Shown here in pieces: positions 1 to 6,504 of a DNA stretch of 10,975 bases. Numbering within the stretch: the first letter of the stretch is position 1; each line of letters starts with the position of its first letter. A program made the position numbers and the translations under genes. The notes beneath the pieces are model-generated. The model made no database searches, was not told where the DNA came from, and was given only the letters and a program-made list of their open reading frames with translations. The stretch is from assembly GCA_045106895.1 (NCBI GenBank), contig JBGCFM010000002.1, positions 1-10,975 of the forward strand, read 5' to 3'. The stretch comes from Polyangiales bacterium (GTDB lineage Bacteria; Myxococcota_A; Polyangia; Polyangiales; Houyiibacteriaceae).

Positions 1-69
1 AACGGGAGCGACCTGCGTAAGTCGCTCAACGAGGAGCTCATTTCGCTGAAGCGAAAGGCGGCGTCTTAG
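1..69 (+). CDS. 3' end of a gene running in from the left edge (…NGSDLRKSLNEELISLKRKAAS*); product uncertain
   Basis: Frame 1 is open from base 1 to TAG at 67-69 with plausible codons, and it converges on the stop of the next gene (71-73). 'GSDLRKSLNEEL' loosely resembles the C-terminal 'GSxLRxxxN' helix of family-3 solute-binding domains, which is weak evidence. Confidence 0.5.
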   Translation, partial: NGSDLRKSLNEELISLKRKAAS

Positions 70-70
70 C

Positions 71-982
71 TTAGAAAGGGGCGAAGCCGTCCTGCTCAGC
101 CGTCGATACCTTCCAACGCTCTTGGGCGCCGCAGGTAGCCCCGTTGGTTTTCCAAGACGGGAGCTGTCCGTGAGCCCCGTAGAGCCAGAGCACGAGGTTG
201 GTTCGAGAGCCGCTTTGAATAGGCTGGGCGGCATGAGCGATGTTGCCGCGGTGGATCACCGCAACGCCGGGCCGAAAGACGAGTTCCGTGGCCTCGCTCG
301 ACTGGGAACCAAAGAACTTCACGGCGGAGCCTGAGAACTCTTCGCCGGGGACATTGACGTTGATGTTCAGGGTCACGGCGGATGCGTCCGTATGCGGGCG
401 AATCGATGTGTCCGTATCGGGTTGGTACTGGATGGAGAACCCGAAGCTCTGTGTGTCGTACCCCACCACTTCGGGAAACAAGAGGCGAGCAATGGGTCGC
501 ATGTAGCTGTCGATGAGCTCTCGATAGAACACCTGGAAAGCCGGGGCGCCGAGGAAGCCTTCGGATCGGGGATCGAGCATTGCACCACGACGGTTGAGTA
601 CGATCCCGTACGGCGGTCGCACCGGAATCTCTGCATCCCATACGTCTTCGAGGTACGCGCGAAACTCGACGAGACGGTCGACATCGAAGAACTGACACTC
701 AAAGACTCCTGGAGAGACTTCGCGAAACAGCTCTCGCACGGCCCCTTCTTGGGTCGGGTCTTCCCACGCTCGCACGACGGCGTCTCGAAGGCGGCCATCG
801 AGCAACGTTGTATCCGGAACAAGGAGACCGTCTTCGTTGACGTCTTCCCACTCCCGCCACGCCTCTACGAGCGTCTGCTTATTCGTTTCCCAGAATCGAT
901 GAACGGAGGGGTCCCGGCGGAGCGACGCTTCTCGGGATGGGAGAGCAAGTCCGCGGGCAAGCTGTAGTGGGTTGGATGTCAT
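71..982 (-). CDS. 2OG-Fe(II)-dependent oxygenase (prolyl/lysyl hydroxylase-like C-terminal domain)
   Basis: Shows the HxD motif (IRPHTDASAVTLNIN), a distal His (HRGNIAHAAQPI) and the 2OG-binding Arg (GSRTNLVLW). ATG at 982 has a Shine-Dalgarno (CAGGAGA, 991-997 on the minus strand), so it is preferred over the ORF-track GTG at 1000. Confidence 0.88.
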   Translation of the reverse strand: MTSNPLQLARGLALPSREASLRRDPSVHRFWETNKQTLVEAWREWEDVNEDGLLVPDTTLLDGRLRDAVVRAWEDPTQEGAVRELFREVSPGVFECQFFDVDRLVEFRAYLEDVWDAEIPVRPPYGIVLNRRGAMLDPRSEGFLGAPAFQVFYRELIDSYMRPIARLLFPEVVGYDTQSFGFSIQYQPDTDTSIRPHTDASAVTLNINVNVPGEEFSGSAVKFFGSQSSEATELVFRPGVAVIHRGNIAHAAQPIQSGSRTNLVLWLYGAHGQLPSWKTNGATCGAQERWKVSTAEQDGFAPF

Positions 983-1031
983 TGCGTGTTTCTCCTGCAC
1001 GTTGGTCTCATCGCTCGTTGGCGACGAGACG

Positions 1032-1098
1032 AAGGTAAGAACGCAGGCTTTCGCGATAACGGGGTATTTGGTGACAACACAATCAAGCGCTCGTTGCG
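1032..1098 (-). promoter_or_regulatory. Putative oxygenase promoter: -10 TACCTT (1032-1037) with an upstream LysR-type dyad CAA-N7-TTG (1084-1096)
   Basis: TAnnnT hexamer in a locally AT-richer spacer, with no good -35. The interrupted dyad is centred about 65 nt upstream of the inferred start site, the usual position for LTTR recognition sites. Confidence 0.45.
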
Positions 1099-1169
1099 AA
1101 TGCTCCGCTGAACCAAGTTTGAGCAGGTGGAACGTCGCGAACGGGCACGCGGTCCAAGGTCTCCGATGC

Positions 1170-2090
1170 CTACTCGTCTTCGGAGCGAGTCGCTTCGCCT
1201 AGCCAGGCATCGCAGCGACTTGAGCGGGCCGAAAAGGCGGCCGTGAGGGCGGCGTCAAAGGCCTGGACCCGCGCCGGAAGGTAGCGATGGCCGGGGAAAA
1301 GCGCGTGGATCTTGCTGGGACCACTTGTATAGCCAGGGAGAACACGCACGAGGCGCCCAGCCTCCAGGTCGTCGATCACGTCGAAGAGACTCTTTCGCGC
1401 GATGCCCATCCCCTCGACGCACCACTTTCGAGCGAGGTAACCGTCTCCGCACAACGAGCTTTGAAGCGGGACTTCGTGCGTGCCGCCTCCTCCGTGCAAG
1501 GTCCATGAAGTAGAAGCGACACCGGCGAGCTGGAGCGTCAGACAGCGGTGAGCGCTGAGCTCTTGAGGCGACTTCAGGTGGCCCCGCTGGGCGAGGTAAG
1601 AAGGGGACGCGACGAGGATCCCTGGGCACTCAGCCAACTTGCGCGCACGAAGCACGCTGTCTTGGAGCGGGCCAAAGCGGATAGCCATGTCGATGGCATC
1701 TCGGTGAAGGTGCTGAACGGTGTCGGTGGGGTGGACAACCACGTGCAGTTTTGGATGCAGCTCCGAGACGGCGATGACCACCGATGCGACGACTTGGTAG
1801 GTCGTGTCTGCGGGCGCCGAAACGTGAATACTGCCGACGAGGTCGTCGGCGGCCCCTTGCACGTCCTCGAGTGTTCGTCTCCATCGGTCGACGACGTCAC
1901 GGCAACCGTCGAGGACCACGTGACCTTCGCCCGTCGGGTGAATGGACCGGGTTGTGCGCTCGAAGACTCGAACGCCGATCGCTTCCTCAATGCGTCCCAC
2001 GGTCGCGCTCACGGCGGCTGGGGTGAGGTGCATTTGGCGGGCGGCGAGGGTCATCGACCCGGTTTCCATCACCCGGAGCAGAAGCTCCAT
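1170..2090 (-). CDS. LysR-type transcriptional regulator (CrgA/DmlR-like)
   Basis: N-terminal HTH (GSMTLAARQMHLTPAAVSATVGRIEEAIGVRVFERTTRSIHPT) and substrate-binding domain motifs (DMAIRFGPLQDS, VASPSYL, HRCL, GMGIA, LEAGRLVRVLPGY). The true start may be ATA at 2105. Confidence 0.95.
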   Translation of the reverse strand: MELLLRVMETGSMTLAARQMHLTPAAVSATVGRIEEAIGVRVFERTTRSIHPTGEGHVVLDGCRDVVDRWRRTLEDVQGAADDLVGSIHVSAPADTTYQVVASVVIAVSELHPKLHVVVHPTDTVQHLHRDAIDMAIRFGPLQDSVLRARKLAECPGILVASPSYLAQRGHLKSPQELSAHRCLTLQLAGVASTSWTLHGGGGTHEVPLQSSLCGDGYLARKWCVEGMGIARKSLFDVIDDLEAGRLVRVLPGYTSGPSKIHALFPGHRYLPARVQAFDAALTAAFSARSSRCDAWLGEATRSEDE

Positions 2091-2198
2091 CTCGTGAACT
2101 TTTATGCCCGACTATCAACGCGACGTCGAAACACACGCAAGGACAAACCACGGGCCACTTTGAGCCCATCGTCCTCCCGCGGCGTTAGCGGCGGGGAA

Positions 2199-3050
2199 TC
2201 AGGGGCTGGTTTCGCTGAACGCGCGGTTGAGGCCGTTCTGCACCGTGATCCACGCCCATGGACCATTGATCACGATCTCGTTGTTGGTTTTCATGACCAT
2301 GTCGGCGGTATTGACGCGCATGCCGAGGACAGAGTTGGTCTCGCCCGTTGGGTCGAAGAGCACCGTCACGCCCGGCGTGTCGATGGCGTACTGCTCTCGG
2401 ATTCGCTGACACGCGGCGGCGTCGACGGCACCTCCACCGCTCACGGCGGTCAGCACGATCCACGTCGCCAGGTCGCCCATGGCGGAGTAGTTGATGTGCT
2501 CGTTTTCGATCTGATCACGAACGAACGTTCGGCAGTTCGGACACCACTCCGCGAAGGTGTAGACGTACGAAACGCGCCGACTGCAGAGGGAGTGCAGCTC
2601 GACGGGGTTTCCGTCGCAGTCGAAGAGCGTAATGTTCGTAGCGGTCTGACCTGGACCGGACCCGAAGGGACCTGAAGGTGGACAGCCGTCCGCCGTCTGC
2701 GTCATACAAACGCCACCGCTGCAGACATCGCTTGGACCACAGCTTCCGCAGCTACCGCCGCAACCGTCATCACCACAGACCGCCGCACCACAACTGGGGG
2801 TGCACGAAGGACCTGAGTCGACGGCGGGTGGACCGGCATCGATGCCTGGGCCGGCATCTGGCCCAGGACCGGCATCAGGACCGGGCCCTGCATCGAAACC
2901 AGGACCCGCATCGAAGCCGGGTCCCGCGTCAAAGCCGGCTCCGCCATCGACAAGCTCGATCTCCTCGCCGTCCGTTCGAACGAGTAGTCCTTCACCGCAC
3001 CCACCAGGTGCGAGAATCAGGACGGTGGCGACGAGGGTGAGAATATGCAC
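2199..3050 (-). CDS. Lipoprotein with DAGP repeats, a Cys-rich module and a C-terminal thioredoxin/redoxin-like (TlpA/AhpC-TSA fold) domain
   Basis: Signal peptide with a lipobox-like LAPGG-C. Six GxDAGP repeats, then CTPSCGAAVCGDDGCGGSCGSC. 'GQTATNITLFDCDGNPVELHSL…FAEWCPNC' is the typical redoxin N-terminus with a WCxxC site. Confidence 0.8.
   Translation of the reverse strand: MHILTLVATVLILAPGGCGEGLLVRTDGEEIELVDGGAGFDAGPGFDAGPGFDAGPGPDAGPGPDAGPGIDAGPPAVDSGPSCTPSCGAAVCGDDGCGGSCGSCGPSDVCSGGVCMTQTADGCPPSGPFGSGPGQTATNITLFDCDGNPVELHSLCSRRVSYVYTFAEWCPNCRTFVRDQIENEHINYSAMGDLATWIVLTAVSGGGAVDAAACQRIREQYAIDTPGVTVLFDPTGETNSVLGMRVNTADMVMKTNNEIVINGPWAWITVQNGLNRAFSETSP
2829..2936 (-). repeat. Six tandem 18-nt coding repeats (GFDAGP x3, GPDAGP x2, GIDAGP)
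   Basis: 108 nt = 6 x 18 nt, with synonymous divergence between units. Confidence 0.9.
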
Positions 3051-3128
3051 GGTGCCCTAGGGTATCAATCGGGCCAAAACCGGTCAAACGGCCTCGCCAC
3101 ACTTGGGGGAGGTTTGTTAGGATTTGCC

Positions 3129-3992
3129 GTGACCCGCGCATTCCTCCTCCTTTTTGTGATCACTGCCTGCACCAGCGAGCCGGCTGCACCCACTTTCCCT
3201 GAGCTCGAGATGCTCGACACAACGCCCGATCCCGCGTGCACCGGGGAGTGGGTGGCGGCGGTGACGGGCCGCATCGTCGACGAAGGTGGTGCCGGGGTGG
3301 GTGAAGCGATCCCGCAGATGTGCGTCCGCCTTGGCGACGGCACGTTGAACTGCCTGGCACCAGAACCTGCGCGTGAGGATGGCTACTTCGCCCGCATCAT
3401 CGATGACGGAAGCCGCTGCATGTCCGAGCTGAACTTCCGCGCGTTGCTTCCCGGCAGCTCCTTTGGCACGACTTACTGCCATAGCGACCTGCAGGCGGAA
3501 GACGGCATCTTGAGCATCCCCGAGGCGCTAATCCTCTACGAAGTAGAGCCCGCCGCCGCTTTGCCTCCGGAGGGCAACCCGGAAGAGCCTCGCACCGTCG
3601 TCCTCGCCGACGGGCTTGAGATCGACGCGCGGCCGGCGCCTATGTTTGGTACGTACGAGAGCTTCGGCGGGACCCGCATCGACGAGACGACGTGCTTCTC
3701 GGGCTCGGACCTAGACGGGCTCTACGCGCTGACGCCGGAATCGGCGACGTTCCGAATCGGCAGTGAAGAAGCCGGCTTTCCCGTGCGTATCCCAACAACG
3801 CTCGCTGAAGGAACCACCGTCGACCTCTTGGTCCTCGGCGGCCTGGACGAGTTTGAGCTACCGACGGGACAGCGCCTGACGGAAGGCGCATTTGAAGTCT
3901 TCGGCACCGGCACCGTTGTCGACGGAATGGTCGTAAGCGACCCCGGCAGCGAGCTTCCGTACATCTCTTGGCTCGGCTACCGCGCGCAGTAG
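3129..3992 (+). CDS. Hypothetical lipoprotein with a predicted beta-sandwich (carboxypeptidase-regulatory/transthyretin-like) N-terminal domain
   Basis: GTG at 3129 gives MTRAFLLLFVITA-C (lipobox). VTGRIVDEGGAGV…DGYF is typical of CarboxypepD_reg-like domains. Several Cys residues and an acidic composition. The ORF-track start at 3045 would overlap the divergent gene. Confidence 0.72.
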   Translation: MTRAFLLLFVITACTSEPAAPTFPELEMLDTTPDPACTGEWVAAVTGRIVDEGGAGVGEAIPQMCVRLGDGTLNCLAPEPAREDGYFARIIDDGSRCMSELNFRALLPGSSFGTTYCHSDLQAEDGILSIPEALILYEVEPAAALPPEGNPEEPRTVVLADGLEIDARPAPMFGTYESFGGTRIDETTCFSGSDLDGLYALTPESATFRIGSEEAGFPVRIPTTLAEGTTVDLLVLGGLDEFELPTGQRLTEGAFEVFGTGTVVDGMVVSDPGSELPYISWLGYRAQ

Positions 3993-4030
3993 CGGCGTAG
4001 CTCAGTTCACGTCCGTGGTACGCTCGGAGG

Positions 4031-4522
4031 ATGAGTGACGAGGTCTGGGTTGTAGTCGAAACACACAAGGGCGTCGGCGAGATGTTCTCGTACCGAGGCC
4101 GGACAACGGCGGTGGCGTTTGAAGCCTGGAAGTCCGGTACGTTGAGCGGCTCCCTCCCTCTGTCCGACGCGTATTGGATGGAGCAGCGACCCGGCGGCCA
4201 AATTGTCCCCTATGTTGTTGGACGTCGTGGTGACTACAAGAACGCGACGGGCACTATCCACGTCCTCGCTTCGACGATCATGGTCCTCATGGAACTCGAC
4301 GGCCCCGACCCCGGCGTCACCGACGATGACAGCAGCGCCACGGTGCTCTCCCTCGCTGGCGGCACGGGGCGCCGAGCAAGCGGCCCTCGCGCCGTGCGTA
4401 ACGAACCCCCGGAGCCACCACCGACCTCCGTCAAGCCACCTGCGCTGGAAGCCGTTCCGGAACCCGAGACCTCGGACGACGAAAAAGCGAAGAAAGAGAC
4501 GAAGGGCGACGAAGAGGAGTAG
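4031..4522 (+). CDS. Hypothetical protein: ~90 aa beta-rich globular domain plus a Pro/Glu/Lys-rich disordered tail
   Basis: ATG-initiated ORF filling the gap between two + strand genes, with GC3-rich codons and an extended -10 (TGgTACGCT) 6 nt upstream. Confidence 0.7.
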   Translation: MSDEVWVVVETHKGVGEMFSYRGRTTAVAFEAWKSGTLSGSLPLSDAYWMEQRPGGQIVPYVVGRRGDYKNATGTIHVLASTIMVLMELDGPDPGVTDDDSSATVLSLAGGTGRRASGPRAVRNEPPEPPPTSVKPPALEAVPEPETSDDEKAKKETKGDEEE

Positions 4523-4590
4523 CGCCCAAGCGTGCTTCGGCTCGTGTCCATCGTTTGTGGAGTCGCGCCTGGTGGGGTATGAACGCCGCC

Positions 4591-5685
4591 ATGAAGCGCC
4601 TGACTTCTCGCCCTGCTCTTTGGCTCATCTTCGCTGCGCTCTTCGCGCTGACGATCTCGCCAAGTTCCCCGTCGGAGGGACAGCGGCGTCCGTCGCGTGC
4701 GCCCGTCCCGGATGACGCACCGCCGCGTCCTGCCAACGAGACCGCGTGCAACTACCAAGACCCCATCGACTACCTGATTCGAGAGAACTTCTTGCCGCGC
4801 TGGACACAGCCGCCGGAGGAGCAGCGACGTCGCCAAGGCCTGCAGGCGCAAGCAGTGGCGTTCCGCACCGAGCACTACGGGCACTTTGAAGGCTTCGGCA
4901 GCGCGTCGATGAACGACAACCCTCCGACGCACTACGCCGAGCGCGCCGAGTTTATGGGCCTCAACGTGCGAATGAACGCCCAGGTCACGCCGGCCTTGGC
5001 CTGCATCGAAGAGCAGATTCGCGCGGAGTGTACCGAGGCCCCCTACACGCCGGTGCGCCTTTCCGGCATTCGTACGCGGAACACCTACCACAACAGCCAG
5101 GTGTCCAATCACGTCTACGGAATCGCCATCGATGTCGACCCGCAGCTCAACACGTGCTGCATGTGCGTGGCGCAATGGGGAGACCACCCGCTCTGCCAGC
5201 GCGAGGTCGAGTCCATCTACGAGCGTATGGCGATGCCCCCTTGCTGGGTGCACGTCTTTGAGCGTTTCGGTTTCTACTGGCTCGGACGTGACCGCCTCCA
5301 GGACACCATGCACTTTGAGTTCCTCGGCGACCCCAGCCATGTGCTGAAGAGTCAGGGACCTGCACCTCACATGTCCCAAAGCGCGGACGGGGACACCCCA
5401 CCCGGCGACGCGCCAGCCGAGGACGGCGACGCGCCGGCCGAGGACCAAGCCGCGCCAGCCGAGGACCAAGCCGCGGAGACTTCCGACGGAACTGATGAGG
5501 CGGCGGAGGCTGAGAGCGACACGAACGCGAGCGCCATGAGCGCCGCGGCGGAAGCGCCTGCCGCGGAGAGCGAAGCCCCGGCTGCTGAACCCGAGGCTGC
5601 CGAGGATGACGACGAAAGCGAAAGCGCCGAGGAAGCTGCGCCCGAAGGCAGCGGCGGCTGCAGCGTCTTCTTGCCCGGGCGTTAG
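4591..5685 (+). CDS. Secreted M15-family Zn metallopeptidase (D-Ala-D-Ala carboxypeptidase / L-Ala-D-Glu peptidase-like) with an acidic linker
   Basis: Signal peptide [24 protein letters not shown]15 motifs: conserved Arg (SGIRTR), [12 protein letters not shown] (SxHxxGxAxD), [10 protein letters not shown] and DTMHFEF. Alternative ATG at 4579. Confidence 0.88.
   Translation: MKRLTSRPALWLIFAALFALTISPSSPSEGQRRPSRAPVPDDAPPRPANETACNYQDPIDYLIRENFLPRWTQPPEEQRRRQGLQAQAVAFRTEHYGHFEGFGSASMNDNPPTHYAERAEFMGLNVRMNAQVTPALACIEEQIRAECTEAPYTPVRLSGIRTRNTYHNSQVSNHVYGIAIDVDPQLNTCCMCVAQWGDHPLCQREVESIYERMAMPPCWVHVFERFGFYWLGRDRLQDTMHFEFLGDPSHVLKSQGPAPHMSQSADGDTPPGDAPAEDGDAPAEDQAAPAEDQAAETSDGTDEAAEAESDTNASAMSAAAEAPAAESEAPAAEPEAAEDDDESESAEEAAPEGSGGCSVFLPGR
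5404..5475 (+). repeat. About 3.5 tandem 21-nt coding repeats ([24 protein letters not shown])
   Basis: Repeated cgcgcc(a/g)gccgaggac core in the peptidase linker. Confidence 0.8.
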
Positions 5686-5690
5686 CTCAC

Positions 5691-5722
5691 GGCCCGCGAC
5701 GTTTTTCGCGGCCTTCGTGTTT
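5691..5722 (+). terminator. Possible intrinsic terminator after the M15 peptidase
   Basis: GGCC(C)GCGA / TCGCGGCC stem with one bulge, followed by TTCGTGTTT. The U-tract is imperfect. Confidence 0.35.
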
Positions 5723-5750
5723 ACTCTGCGCCCCCCGCGCGACTGATGGG

Positions 5751-6500
5751 GTGATGACTGACTCAGCCACGCGAGACAGCGACGGCGCTGCCGAAAGCAG
5801 CATCGTCCTCCGCGCGAATGACGTCACGAAGACCTATCAAATGGGGGAGGTGGATGTTCACGCCCTCCGCGGAGTCAGCGTTGAGCTGCGCGCCGGCGAG
5901 CTCCTGGTGATGCTCGGCGCCTCGGGCAGCGGCAAGAGCACGCTGCTCAACATCATCGGCGGCCTCGACACGCCAACGAGCGGGAGCGTCTTCTACCGCG
6001 ACCTCGATCTGAGCGCCGCGAAAGACTCACAGCTCACGCAATACCGGCGTCAGCACGTCGGGTTCGTCTTTCAGTTCTACAACCTCATCCCGAGCCTCAC
6101 GGCGGAGGAGAACGTCGCCCTCGTGACGGAGATCGCGGATGATCCCATGCACCCCATGGAGGCGCTGGAGATGGTCGACCTGGCGGATCGCGCCGACCAC
6201 TTCCCAAGCCAGCTCTCGGGCGGACAGCAGCAGCGCGTGGCCATCGCCCGCGCCATCGCAAAACGACCCGACGTCCTCCTCTGCGATGAACCCACCGGCG
6301 CCCTCGACTTCACCACCGGCGTTCGTGTCCTCGAGGTCATCCAGCGCATCAATCGAGAGTTTGGCACCACCACGGCGGTCATCACGCACAACGCGTCCGT
6401 CGGCGACATGGCCAATCGCGTGATCACGCTGAGTGATGGTTCCGTGTCGAAGGTGAGCACCAACGCAGCGCCCTGTGACCCCTCCGAGCTGTCCTGGTAA
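5751..6500 (+). CDS. ABC transporter ATP-binding protein, LolD/MacB family
   Basis: Walker [10 protein letters not shown]-loop GFVFQFYNL, signature [14 protein letters not shown], Walker [12 protein letters not shown] and H-loop ITHN. Start is GTG 5751 or ATG 5754. Confidence 0.96.
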   Translation: MMTDSATRDSDGAAESSIVLRANDVTKTYQMGEVDVHALRGVSVELRAGELLVMLGASGSGKSTLLNIIGGLDTPTSGSVFYRDLDLSAAKDSQLTQYRRQHVGFVFQFYNLIPSLTAEENVALVTEIADDPMHPMEALEMVDLADRADHFPSQLSGGQQQRVAIARAIAKRPDVLLCDEPTGALDFTTGVRVLEVIQRINREFGTTTAVITHNASVGDMANRVITLSDGSVSKVSTNAAPCDPSELSW

Positions 6501-6504
6501 TCCC

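Noticed and set aside
1100..1111. ATG CTC CGC TGA (MLR*) just after the LysR-type dyad, as a possible remnant of an ancestral divergent lysR
   Set aside because: Only three codons, and the downstream sequence shows no recognisable HTH similarity.
2174..2198. Possible terminator between the redoxin gene and lysR
   Set aside because: Only a ~5-bp CCCGC/GCGGG stem and no U-tract on the minus strand.
1548..2675. 375 aa + strand ORF
   Set aside because: Antisense shadow of the lysR and redoxin genes, with no motifs. Long shadow ORFs are common in GC-rich DNA.
2829..2936. Tandem repeats considered as a CRISPR array or VNTR contingency locus
   Set aside because: No spacers and no cas genes. The units are in-frame and synonymous-diverged, so they encode a peptide linker.
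3045..3128. ORF-track N-terminal extension of the lipoprotein (likewise the 4555 and 6475 starts)
   Set aside because: The extensions overlap neighbouring genes or promoters and bury the signal peptides. The downstream starts at 3129, 4591 and 6505 fit better.
4234..5469. 411 aa minus-strand ORF with LGWR repeats
   Set aside because: Antisense to the M15 peptidase and the hypothetical gene. Its repeats just mirror the APAED linker.
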